Source: Candidatus Magasanikiibacteriota bacterium
Lineage (GTDB): Bacteria; Patescibacteriota; Patescibacteriia; Magasanikbacterales; GWA2-37-8
Assembly: GCA_943357105.1 (NCBI GenBank)
Contig: CALRGC010000004.1
Span: 22,640-66,766, forward strand
DNA length: 44,127 nucleotides
Reading direction: 5' to 3'
Made by a program: the position numbers and the translations under genes. The notes below the pieces were generated by a model, which was given only the letters and a program-made list of their open reading frames with translations, was not told the DNA's origin and did no database searches. Below, piece by piece: positions 8,516 through 18,021 of this stretch. Position 1 is the first letter of the stretch, and the number at the start of each line of letters is the position of its first letter.

Positions 8516-9645
8516 ACAGAAATTTTTTTATAAAGATTCATAGTTTCCGCGACTGTTTTCTGCCAAGAAAATTCTTTGGCGATTATCAGACCAGCTTGAA
8601 TTCTTTTTTCATTATCTTTCAAAGACAAATCTAACGCCTCAATAATACTGTCTGTATCATTGGGATTAAAATATATCGGCGTGTCCTTACCGATTTCTTT
8701 AAATACTGAAATATCTGAGGCCAAGACCACAGTCCCCATAGACATTGCTTCAAGCAATGGCAGACCAAAACCTTCATATAAAGAAGGGAAGACAAAACCA
8801 GTTGCTCCCTGATAAAGAATAGCTAGGTCAAGATCGCTAACATGACTAAAACTAATAAGCTGATTTTTTAAACCTAATATTTCAATATAAGCTAGTTCAG
8901 AAAGAGTAAAATTACCACCACCAACTGTCACTAATTTATAATCCCTATTTTTATTCCAAGCCGCGAAGGCTTTTATAAATGAATTAAAATTTTTGTATGA
9001 TTTTCTACTACCAACATATAAAAAATAGGGCGCATTAATTTTATGGGTTGATAAAAATTGAGCCAAAATTTCTGAAGATGATTTAGTAGTAAAAATATCG
9101 CTTACGCCGTTATAAATTATAGCTATCTTTTTTGGATCAATGTTATAATACCTTAAAAGATCTTTGGCTGTATTGTGACTAATGCAAATAATAGCATCAG
9201 CTGACATAATCGCTTGTCTTTTTTTTATCAAAAAAAGTTTTGATTTTATATTATTAAAATCTGGTAAAATTTCATGCATCAAATCATGGACAGTAATGAC
9301 CATAGGCACTTTTATGCTTGAATAGTTGGTATAATAAGTAGAGTGAAAAACACCTTCGGTAATTTTTAATTTATTAAGTAAATGATTGGTTATAAATTGA
9401 TCGGCCGGATAACTTAAATATTTTAGCAAGGTATTTTTAAAAATAGTTGGAAGAATACTAACAAATTTTAATTTAGACTCTGAAATCGGTGGTTTATTAT
9501 AAAATTTACGATGCATTAATACCTTAATATCGTTTTGTGATTTGGACAAACCTAAAATCAATTCATTGGCGTATCTACTAATACCGCCAACTGATTGCAG
9601 ACTATAAATAATGCCATCTAGATAAACTTTCATAATTTTAACCAC
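8512..9645 (-). CDS. GT4-family (GT-B) glycosyltransferase
   Basis: C-terminal EGFGLPLLEAMSMGTVVLASD motif, ~377 aa. Confidence 0.8.
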   Translation of the reverse strand: MVKIMKVYLDGIIYSLQSVGGISRYANELILGLSKSQNDIKVLMHRKFYNKPPISESKLKFVSILPTIFKNTLLKYLSYPADQFITNHLLNKLKITEGVFHSTYYTNYSSIKVPMVITVHDLMHEILPDFNNIKSKLFLIKKRQAIMSADAIICISHNTAKDLLRYYNIDPKKIAIIYNGVSDIFTTKSSSEILAQFLSTHKINAPYFLYVGSRKSYKNFNSFIKAFAAWNKNRDYKLVTVGGGNFTLSELAYIEILGLKNQLISFSHVSDLDLAILYQGATGFVFPSLYEGFGLPLLEAMSMGTVVLASDISVFKEIGKDTPIYFNPNDTDSIIEALDLSLKDNEKRIQAGLIIAKEFSWQKTVAETMNLYKKISV

Positions 9646-10591
9646 GAAATTTTATTGCTAATGATTTAATGATACCATATAGACCAAACCACTTAAGCCA
9701 CTTTTTTAGGTGATAAGACAGCAGACTTATATGATAATGGTGGAGATTAGTAAAATGATCAGCTCTTTTATCTCTTACAACTGTTAGGGGATGAACCAAA
9801 GGAAAATCCATGCTGGAAAGCGGCACATTCGCGACATTTTTTTGATGATAGATCCCGTGTGTAGCTTGGGCGTTGAAACCAATATTAGTGACTAAATTTC
9901 GATTAGGCAAACAAGTTAATCCGTTATTTTGCCAACAAGCAAAAGTCCAGGCATAATCCCACGTATTAATTTTATTATCATACATTTCTTCCATAATATT
10001 TAGCCAATAAAGTCTTTCCGATTTTGAATTAAATATCTGATTAATTGAATTGTTTGATTTAAAATTGGGAAATTTATTCATATTTAAATCAAACATCAGC
10101 CAAGCACGTCGCCAGGTTGCCCAACCCCAGATGTGATTAAAGACAGAAAAATAATAGCTGGCTTCACCACGCTTGTTGCCCATTTGAAAATTAGAACCAC
10201 TTATCTGCATAATCCGATTATCATCTCTATAGACAGCTAACAACTCCTGCACAAATCTAAAAAAACTTTGGTTAGGCAAGCAATCATCTTCTAAGATTAT
10301 ACCTTCTTCTACCTGGCTAAAAAACCAGTCTATCGCTTGACTAACAGCTTTTTTACAGCCTAGATTTTTTTCACGATATAAAATTTTTACTTCACATGGC
10401 CAATTAACGCCACTTTCTACCGTGAGTCTTACCTTTTTTACAAGATCTCTCTCCGCTTCATTTCTAGGACCATCTGAAGCCAAAAATAATTTAGTTGGTT
10501 TTATTTTTTTAATAACCTCAAAAACTTTGGCAGTGGTATCCAAACGATTAAAAATTAAAAATAATATCGGCGTATCAAACTGCTCATTCAT
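9638..10591 (-). CDS. GNT-I-like (GT13-like, HlpA-type) nucleotide-diphospho-sugar transferase, paralogue 1
   Basis: PILFLIFNRLDTT..LFLASDGPR..ILEDDCLPNQSFFRF resembles the EDD....P.FF motif of GnT-I. Clear paralogue of 33901-34839. Confidence 0.6.
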   Translation of the reverse strand: MNEQFDTPILFLIFNRLDTTAKVFEVIKKIKPTKLFLASDGPRNEAERDLVKKVRLTVESGVNWPCEVKILYREKNLGCKKAVSQAIDWFFSQVEEGIILEDDCLPNQSFFRFVQELLAVYRDDNRIMQISGSNFQMGNKRGEASYYFSVFNHIWGWATWRRAWLMFDLNMNKFPNFKSNNSINQIFNSKSERLYWLNIMEEMYDNKINTWDYAWTFACWQNNGLTCLPNRNLVTNIGFNAQATHGIYHQKNVANVPLSSMDFPLVHPLTVVRDKRADHFTNLHHYHISLLSYHLKKWLKWFGLYGIIKSLAIKFRG

Positions 10592-10593
10592 AA

Positions 10594-11373
10594 TTATCTG
10601 TAATTATTATTCTTTTTTTCAACTACCCAGTCAAAAAAACCAGCTACCAATACCTGGGCTGAATTTAAATATCTTTTTCTGACTTTTAAAATATTTTGTT
10701 TATTTTTTTCTTTATTTTTTAGACTCGCCGATTGAGAATCAGATCTAATGCAATAATTGCTTATTATCAAATCAAAAAATGACCACTTTGTTTTGTCGAT
10801 TATTCTATACCAAAAATCGGGATCCATTCCAGAAGATAAACTTTCGTCAAAAAATCCAAAACTTTCAAAAATAATTTTCTTAATAAAGACACTTTGGTGC
10901 GGTATATAATTAAAAAAATTGAACATTACTTTTCCCAACCAGTCTTTACTATTACGATGAAATAATTTTCGGGATGGGAAAACTCCCACTTGTTTACCAT
11001 CGTTTTCCACCACATTTATTTTTCCATAAATCCAATCGTAGTTATTTTTAGATAAAAATTTTTTCACTTCTTCCAAGACATTGCTACCATAAAAACTGTC
11101 GTCAGAATGCAAATGAATTAAATAATCACCACAAGCCCGTTTAATGCCTTCGTTCATAGCATTAGATATGCCTTGTGGTTTGATTTGAAAAAATCTTACT
11201 TTATCAGGATGTTTTTTTTGATAATTTTTTATAATATCGACAGTTGCGTCGGTAGAAAAAGCGTCAATAAATATATGTTCAAAATTAAGAAAAGATTGTT
11301 CGCACACACTTTCTATATTTTTACTTAAATATTTCGCGCTATTGAATGTGCAAGTAATGATAGAAAATTTCAT
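10594..11373 (-). CDS. GT2-family glycosyltransferase
   Basis: FSIITCTFNSAKYL..IFIDAFSTDATVDII..GISNAMNEGI..HLHSDDSF. Confidence 0.8.
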   Translation of the reverse strand: MKFSIITCTFNSAKYLSKNIESVCEQSFLNFEHIFIDAFSTDATVDIIKNYQKKHPDKVRFFQIKPQGISNAMNEGIKRACGDYLIHLHSDDSFYGSNVLEEVKKFLSKNNYDWIYGKINVVENDGKQVGVFPSRKLFHRNSKDWLGKVMFNFFNYIPHQSVFIKKIIFESFGFFDESLSSGMDPDFWYRIIDKTKWSFFDLIISNYCIRSDSQSASLKNKEKNKQNILKVRKRYLNSAQVLVAGFFDWVVEKKNNNYR

Positions 11374-11377
11374 AATT

Positions 11378-12244
11378 CTAATTTTTACCTAATATCGGCC
11401 AGTTAATTTTATCTTTCGAAAAAATAATAAATGGTATTTTACCATAGTAAGCTGCCCAACCTCCATAAGTACTGTTTGAGCCGATAATAATATCCGTTTT
11501 GGATAATATATAGAGATCTTCAATTTCAGTACCTGGACCCTTAATATAGTTTAAACCAATAAACTGAGGACCATCGATGGGGCCGTCCGAACAAATAACG
11601 AAAACTATTTTAGATCTATCTATATTTATTTGGCTATCTAAAAAATTATCAAGCAACACACGAACTTCACCACAATCAAAATAAAATTTTCCCCCATGCC
11701 AAGTTTTGTAATCCCCTTGCCTAATATGAACACCAACAATTAGTTGGTATTCTATTTTTAATTTTTCTATCAGTTCTTTTGGTCTTTTGATAAATTCTTC
11801 TTTTGGCCTAAAATATTTTTTAATATCCTCGTGAAATTTTTCTAGCCCTAAATTATTTCTAAAAAGCCAACCACAGAAATAGAATGTCCCATTTTCTCTA
11901 GATCGTATAAAATTAATAATTTTTTGTTGACCAGCATCTTGAGAAAGAGATAAAACAAATTCCTTATTACCATCCGCAACAATAAATTTTTTTTTGGTTA
12001 ATTTTATAAAAAAAACAAATAACTTATATAAAATAATTTTTATTTTATAATTTATATTCCATTTAAAAAAAATCTCTATGATCTTATTATCAATCTCAAG
12101 ATTATAATATTTATTATATTTAAAAAATGAAAAATTTTCAATTACATAGCCATTTTCCAAACAATAACTGTAGACACTAGCGAAATTCCAAAGTTGATTT
12201 GCTAGCCTACCGCCATTATTCTCTAAAATTATTATTTTGTTCAT
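11378..12244 (-). CDS. Divergent GT11-like (fucosyltransferase-superfamily) glycosyltransferase
   Basis: NNGGRLANQLWNFAS compares with GGLGNQMFQYA, HIRQGDY with the GT11 HxRRGDY motif, and GSNSTYGGWAAYYG with the GT11 SFSWWGAW motif. Confidence 0.5.
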   Translation of the reverse strand: MNKIIILENNGGRLANQLWNFASVYSYCLENGYVIENFSFFKYNKYYNLEIDNKIIEIFFKWNINYKIKIILYKLFVFFIKLTKKKFIVADGNKEFVLSLSQDAGQQKIINFIRSRENGTFYFCGWLFRNNLGLEKFHEDIKKYFRPKEEFIKRPKELIEKLKIEYQLIVGVHIRQGDYKTWHGGKFYFDCGEVRVLLDNFLDSQINIDRSKIVFVICSDGPIDGPQFIGLNYIKGPGTEIEDLYILSKTDIIIGSNSTYGGWAAYYGKIPFIIFSKDKINWPILGKN

Positions 12245-12245
12245 A

Positions 12246-14471
12246 CTACCTTATATTACCGATAATCCAATTAAAATTTTTCTTTTCAAATCCTCTTGTG
12301 GGGTGCAGATCATAGATTCCGAAACTCATCCTGTCAATTTCTTGAAATTTATATTTATCATCAATCGGTATCATTGTAACGAAAGAATATTCCTTTTTTA
12401 ATACGATTGTCTTGTTGAAATTTTTAAAAAAATTACCAAAAATAATATTATTATTCCTTAGAAGTTTTTTCAAATCTTCATTTAAGTAATTATCGGCCAT
12501 TAATGAACATACTTTTTTGTTAAGATTATTTACTTTATTGAGCCAAGTATCAAGCTCCAGTATATCTTCAAAAGAACCGGCAGAACCTTGCACACAGACC
12601 TGGTCATAATCGTTTTTATGTTCCATTAAATATTTTAAAATATGATCGTCCGCCTGACGGCTTCCATAAAATCTAATTGCTTCAAAAGAAAACAGATAAG
12701 CGTTTAAAATAAATGTCAGAATAAAAATTCCGATTAATAGCGATTCTTTTATCCTAGTAAAAGAAAAAACGTAATAAACAAAGATCAAATTAAAAACAAA
12801 CGATACTAATGCGTAACGGACAGCCCAAGTATTCCAAGGCAAGTAGACGGCTATACTAAAAACAGTAAGAGTAAAAAAATAAAGTAGATAAAAAGATCTT
12901 TCTTTTACCACAACTTTATTTATTTTATATTCTTTGGCTAGATAATATAAAGATAAAATTAATAATAATAAATTAAAATTAAAAATCTTCAAATATGACA
13001 ATGAAATTTTTATAATATTGCCTATACTATAGGCAGACAGAGTGCCGGCCGTATGCGAACTCTGAAAATAAAAAACGGCTAACCATGACAGACAAACTAA
13101 AATATAACCGGCGTTTATCAACAAGATATTTTTAGCCGCGCTCATCCGCGCATCAAAGAATAATATAATAAAGAATAATCCAATAATAAATATATTTGTC
13201 TCTTTTGTTAAAAGAAAAAACGCCAGCGTCAGCAAACTCAAGATAAACTGCCAACTAAATTTTGTCGAACTGCTTTTTCTTATATTAAAATATAACGAAG
13301 TAAAAATTAATAATAATAATAAAGATATGTGATCCTGTGTTTCCAACTCATAAAAATTAGAAGCAAGTACGCCTGAAAAGATAATTAGTAGAATGGGCGC
13401 TATCAAATTTTTTACTTTTACTTGCCTAAGAATATGATGAATTAGCAAGACGATTACTATCAATTCAATAAACCGAAGGTAAATAAAAATATTAATACTG
13501 TAATCACTTAATTTGTAAAAAATATTATAAAAAAGTAAAGTAAAAGGAATGAGCCTACTACCATGATCAGTTATCAGGGAAAATAAGCTAGAAAATCTAA
13601 AATTCTTAGCTTCGTGAATATACCATGGATCATCAAGCAAGCTTATACCAGGATGCAACAGATAAGGCAAATAAAACAAAGCACACAGCAGTATAACGAA
13701 AAATAAAAAATTAAAATTTCTCAAACCATTATGATAGGTAAATATTCTTATTAGATCATAAAAAGAACTGAATGAATCACTAATAACATTGACTCTAGTG
13801 TCTTCGTCGTTTTTCCAACTGACACCTACCTCCTCAAAGGCATAACTATTTTTTTTTGCTAAAAAAAGGATTTCCGTATCAAATATCCACCTATTGATAA
13901 ATGCCGAGGAGAAAATATCTCGGGCGGCAGTTTTAGAAAACATCTTAAATCCACAACCGAAATCCTTAATATTAACACCGGTAAAAAAAGAGGCAAGAAA
14001 GGCGTACGCTTCACCCATTTTTTGTCTATACCACGGCTGTTTTTTGATCAAAATTGCCCCCTTGTTTTTTCTAGTGCCAATTATAACCGGTACACCCTTT
14101 TCCATAAAAGGCAAAAATTTATCCACTTCAAACAAAGAAGTGGACATATCTGCATCAGCCATCAAAATATAATCTCCATTAGCCGCAAGCATCCCCTGAC
14201 GAACAGCATAGCCTTTGCCTTTATTAACACTATAGCTTATCAGCTTGATAATACCATTTTTGTTTTCTGTGTATTTTTCAATAGCACTCTTAGTATTATC
14301 ACTACTCCCATCGTTGACAAAAATAATCTCTAAATTATATTCAGCGCTTTTATGAATAATAAAATCACCCACTTCACGAAAAGCCACGCCAATCCTCTTT
14401 TCCTCGTTATAAACTGGAATAATTATACTTAAATTTATTCTAGATTTTGATCCGCTATTATTTGACAGCAT
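12246..14471 (-). CDS. Fusion protein: N-terminal polyprenyl-phosphate GT2 (DPM1/ALG5/GtrB-like), polytopic membrane domain (>=10 TM, GT-C-like) and a C-terminal soluble domain
   Basis: LSIIIPVYNEEKRI..FVNDGSSDNT..LMADADMST in the first ~240 aa. A long run of hydrophobic helices covers ~aa 255-600, followed by a ~140-aa hydrophilic tail. Confidence 0.65.
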   Translation of the reverse strand: MLSNNSGSKSRINLSIIIPVYNEEKRIGVAFREVGDFIIHKSAEYNLEIIFVNDGSSDNTKSAIEKYTENKNGIIKLISYSVNKGKGYAVRQGMLAANGDYILMADADMSTSLFEVDKFLPFMEKGVPVIIGTRKNKGAILIKKQPWYRQKMGEAYAFLASFFTGVNIKDFGCGFKMFSKTAARDIFSSAFINRWIFDTEILFLAKKNSYAFEEVGVSWKNDEDTRVNVISDSFSSFYDLIRIFTYHNGLRNFNFLFFVILLCALFYLPYLLHPGISLLDDPWYIHEAKNFRFSSLFSLITDHGSRLIPFTLLFYNIFYKLSDYSINIFIYLRFIELIVIVLLIHHILRQVKVKNLIAPILLIIFSGVLASNFYELETQDHISLLLLLIFTSLYFNIRKSSSTKFSWQFILSLLTLAFFLLTKETNIFIIGLFFIILFFDARMSAAKNILLINAGYILVCLSWLAVFYFQSSHTAGTLSAYSIGNIIKISLSYLKIFNFNLLLLILSLYYLAKEYKINKVVVKERSFYLLYFFTLTVFSIAVYLPWNTWAVRYALVSFVFNLIFVYYVFSFTRIKESLLIGIFILTFILNAYLFSFEAIRFYGSRQADDHILKYLMEHKNDYDQVCVQGSAGSFEDILELDTWLNKVNNLNKKVCSLMADNYLNEDLKKLLRNNNIIFGNFFKNFNKTIVLKKEYSFVTMIPIDDKYKFQEIDRMSFGIYDLHPTRGFEKKNFNWIIGNIR

Positions 14472-16365
14472 ATATTAGACGCTCATGATCATTATAAATG
14501 ACATTTCCAATTTCAGGTATTAATTTTGAAATTTTAAGAATTTTTACAATCACCTTATCGCGATAATCATTGGCCGATGGATTATCACTATTATACCATT
14601 CTTTCATTATTTTATCCTGAGCAATCTGAGTAAAATCAACTACAAAACTAACATTATTTTCTTTTAAGTACTGCTTTAGAGTTTCCACATCAAATTCGTT
14701 CCGAACGCTAAAATAAGCGTATAATGAAATAAAAGCATTGCCATTATTAAGAAAAGAGTCGGTGTCGTCGCTCCAAATAGGTAGAAATTTGGTATTTTTA
14801 TAATTATTATTTATATAATTGCTTAAATAATAAATATTGCCCAATCCTCTTTCAGAATAAAACTGTCCTTTGTCTGAGATTCCCAGGTCATAAGCCAGTT
14901 CAGCTTTTTTTACTTTAAAAAAATATCCGTTTTTAGCCGTAAATACAGCGCCAGCACCAATAAGTATTATCGTGATAAGTAAAATTTTTACCACTTTATT
15001 ATCAAAAATTTTTTTATAACGATAATAAATTTTACTAAGTATGTAACCAAAACATACCATTAATAACAACAAACCTACCATGGCGAATCTTTTTTGATGT
15101 GAAATTAAAAAAAACCAAATGGTAAAATAACCAAAAACAAAAAATAGAAAATATTTAAAAATTTTATCCTTATTAATCCACAAAAAACCAATCGGTAAAA
15201 ACAAGAAGGCGACCAAATTGGTTATATAATATTTATCTTTAAATAAGTTGAACGGAAACAATAAGAAATTTTTAATAGTTCGCGGTCTAAATTCACCTAT
15301 CGCGGCTTTTGACATTTCGATCTGGTCGTTGGTAAAACCTGGATGACTAAAAATAAAGGGATAAAAAGGATTTCCAAAAAATATTAAATTTTTAATATAC
15401 CAAAATCCAGAAAACAAAAAAGTAGGAATAACAAAATATAAAAAATCTTTAACAGGATTTTTAATATCTTTGTTTTCAGTAAACGATTTATAAATTATAA
15501 ATGGCAAAATTAAAATTAGCGCATACATGGAAAGATACTTTATTGATAATGCCAAACCATAGAGTAGCCCGGCTCCCATCAATAAATTTCTGTCTTTGGT
15601 CTCCGACCATATCATTATTAAAATAATGCTGGCGATTTGATACGAAGCCATGGCGGCATCAACGTAGGCACTGGTCGCATTTACAAAAATTTCATACAAA
15701 GAAAAAATTAACACAATGGATATCTGTGCACTCAATTTTCCAAATTTTTCTTTGCAAAAATAATATAAAACCATTAGACCAACCAACAGCAACTGATAGT
15801 GTACTAAATTTATTAGAGTATAGCCGGATAATATATACATTAAAGCATATAATGACTCCATTATAATTGGAGAAGTGCCATACAGATTACCTACTACACT
15901 TAAACTCATAACCCCGTTTTGAGCGATCTCTCTGGTTTCTGGTAGATGATAACCGATAGCATCTGTCTGGTATGGCGGGACAAAAGCGGAAGTAAAATAA
16001 AAGAGAAAAAGAGAAAAAATAATTAAAAAAAATAGTTTGTCCTTAAAATCAAAATTTTTCCATTTAGCAAATGCAGATTTAATTTTTATAAAAAATAACA
16101 GTATACTCTTTCTGCCTAAGATCAAAATTAGTATGATTAAAATAGAAATAATCGCATTGTTGAGTGGCGCAAAGAATGTCCAGACAACCGAGAAATATCC
16201 CAAAATACCATAACCAAGCAAAACAGAAATTCCAACCGATAATAAATTAATTTTGTTAATTATTTTAATTCTCTTTAATAAAAATAAACCCAGACAAAAG
16301 GCGGCTAGGCAAATTATTAATGAATAAAATATAGGAACAAATAGATCGTAAAAAAAATGATTCAC
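14458..16365 (-). CDS. Polytopic membrane protein, candidate GT-C fold glycosyltransferase (ArnT/PMT/YfhO-like)
   Basis: 635 aa with ~12-14 predicted TM helices over aa 1-480 and a C-terminal soluble domain. It is sandwiched between two polyprenyl-P GT2 genes. I found no WWDYG motif, so it is not an STT3/PglB-type OST. Confidence 0.45.
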   Translation of the reverse strand: MNHFFYDLFVPIFYSLIICLAAFCLGLFLLKRIKIINKINLLSVGISVLLGYGILGYFSVVWTFFAPLNNAIISILIILILILGRKSILLFFIKIKSAFAKWKNFDFKDKLFFLIIFSLFLFYFTSAFVPPYQTDAIGYHLPETREIAQNGVMSLSVVGNLYGTSPIIMESLYALMYILSGYTLINLVHYQLLLVGLMVLYYFCKEKFGKLSAQISIVLIFSLYEIFVNATSAYVDAAMASYQIASIILIMIWSETKDRNLLMGAGLLYGLALSIKYLSMYALILILPFIIYKSFTENKDIKNPVKDFLYFVIPTFLFSGFWYIKNLIFFGNPFYPFIFSHPGFTNDQIEMSKAAIGEFRPRTIKNFLLFPFNLFKDKYYITNLVAFLFLPIGFLWINKDKIFKYFLFFVFGYFTIWFFLISHQKRFAMVGLLLLMVCFGYILSKIYYRYKKIFDNKVVKILLITIILIGAGAVFTAKNGYFFKVKKAELAYDLGISDKGQFYSERGLGNIYYLSNYINNNYKNTKFLPIWSDDTDSFLNNGNAFISLYAYFSVRNEFDVETLKQYLKENNVSFVVDFTQIAQDKIMKEWYNSDNPSANDYRDKVIVKILKISKLIPEIGNVIYNDHERLIYAVK

Positions 16366-16371
16366 ACGTTT

Positions 16372-17064
16372 TTATCTAAAAATATTGAATCTAATAATTG
16401 ACCAGATGGCGGAGAAACCATCCTTCCAACCAATTTTCTTACCTTCAGCATAAGTGCGACCACTATAGGACACCCCGACTTCAAAAATACGAAAATGTTT
16501 AACTCTAGCGGTTATTTCCGGCTCAATACCAAAACGTTGTGAAACCAAATCGTCTTTGATAGAATCAACAACTTTTCGGTTAAATAATTTATAACATGTT
16601 TCCATGTCCGTTAAATTCAAATTAGTAAAGATATTAGAAATAGTCGTTAAAAAATTATTACCTAAATAATGCCAATAATACAACACTCGATGCGCGCCGA
16701 CTCCTAAAAATCTTGAACCATATACCACGTCCGCCTTGCCCGCCAATATTGGGGCTAAGAGTTGGTTATATTCACTAGGGTCGTATTCCATATCCGCGTC
16801 CTGAATAATCGCAAAGTCACCAATAGAAGATTTAAAACCGGTGGCTACGGCTCCGCCTTTACCTTTATTTTTTTCATGTAAAATTACCTTGACTCCGTCT
16901 AAATGACTTATGATATCTCTGGTACCATCAGTTGAGCCATCGTCAACAATAATAATTTCCTTACCAATCCCATCAACGAGCGTGATTGATTTCACCAAGT
17001 CTACTATTTTTTGTATAGTATTTTTTTCGTTATAAACCGGAATAATTATTGATAGAGTGGACAT
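16372..17064 (-). CDS. Polyprenyl-phosphate glycosyltransferase (GT2, DPM1/GtrB/CsbB-like)
   Basis: LSIIIPVYNEKNTI..IVDDGSTDGT..IIQDADMEYDP, 230 aa. Confidence 0.75.
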   Translation of the reverse strand: MSTLSIIIPVYNEKNTIQKIVDLVKSITLVDGIGKEIIIVDDGSTDGTRDIISHLDGVKVILHEKNKGKGGAVATGFKSSIGDFAIIQDADMEYDPSEYNQLLAPILAGKADVVYGSRFLGVGAHRVLYYWHYLGNNFLTTISNIFTNLNLTDMETCYKLFNRKVVDSIKDDLVSQRFGIEPEITARVKHFRIFEVGVSYSGRTYAEGKKIGWKDGFSAIWSIIRFNIFR

Positions 17065-17069
17065 ATTTA

Positions 17070-17996
17070 TTATCTGAATAACAATTTTTTATAAATATTC
17101 CTGACAAAATTAAATAATTTTATTTTCTTTAAAAATAAAATAAAAAGCATAAATAAAAAATCTTTATAGCGTAATAAATTTTTTATTTTTACATTAAATC
17201 TAAAAGAGTATGGCGCGACATCTCTGTTATTAAAGTCAATATTCTTATAATAGTGCTGCCAGATTGCGTCTTGATATAAAAAATGCTTAACTGAATTTTT
17301 ATAGCCCCAAGAAGTATTATCTGATCTGAACATTACCAATGATTCACCTATAATACTGGTGCGATAATCCTCGCCAGAATAAAATATTAATGAAAGAAAT
17401 GGAGACAAATCTAATCTTTCATCATTATATTTATCAAAAATATGCTTAGTTTTATCGTAATAATCTTTTTTTAAAACCCAGTTTGAACAAAAAGTAGTAT
17501 AGTAGTCTATATCGTAATAAAATTTGGTATTCAGATAAACAAAAAATTCTTTTCTATTGGCAAAATTATAATCAACGGTATCTTTAAAAAGATTCTTTTG
17601 ATAAATTTTATTATCATCTATAAAACTATCAATATTACATATAACTAAATCTGGATCATTATTTTTTATTTTGGAAAGTATCTTTTTTAAGCAACCTGGG
17701 TACATTTTGTCATCATCAGAAAATATCCAAATATATTTATCAGCAGACAGAGACGCGGCCTTAATAAGGCCTTTAGCCATACCTCGTCTTTGTGAATCTT
17801 TTACATATTTAATATTTGAAAAACGACTGGTAAAATCAGCGGAAATTTTTTCAGTATCATCGTCACTGCGATTATCCAAAATAAAAACATTGACATTTTT
17901 AGCGACATCTTGATCGCTAAACTGTTCGGTAATACTAATTAAGGCTTCTCTTAAATATTTTCCTCGATTAAATGTGGGGATACAAATTCCTAACAT
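17070..17996 (-). CDS. GT2-like glycosyltransferase
   Basis: GICIPTFNRGKYL..ILDNRSDDDT..IFSDDDKM (GT-A fold with DxD). Confidence 0.6.
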   Translation of the reverse strand: MLGICIPTFNRGKYLREALISITEQFSDQDVAKNVNVFILDNRSDDDTEKISADFTSRFSNIKYVKDSQRRGMAKGLIKAASLSADKYIWIFSDDDKMYPGCLKKILSKIKNNDPDLVICNIDSFIDDNKIYQKNLFKDTVDYNFANRKEFFVYLNTKFYYDIDYYTTFCSNWVLKKDYYDKTKHIFDKYNDERLDLSPFLSLIFYSGEDYRTSIIGESLVMFRSDNTSWGYKNSVKHFLYQDAIWQHYYKNIDFNNRDVAPYSFRFNVKIKNLLRYKDFLFMLFILFLKKIKLFNFVRNIYKKLLFR

Positions 17997-18021
17997 AATA
18001 ACTATTAATAATCGTAATCGA

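Noticed and set aside
14458-16365. The 635-aa polytopic protein as an STT3/PglB/AglB oligosaccharyltransferase or a Wzm permease.
   Set aside because: I found no WWDYG-type motif. At ~13 TM helices plus a soluble domain it is far too large for an ABC-2 Wzm (~6 TM, ~260 aa).
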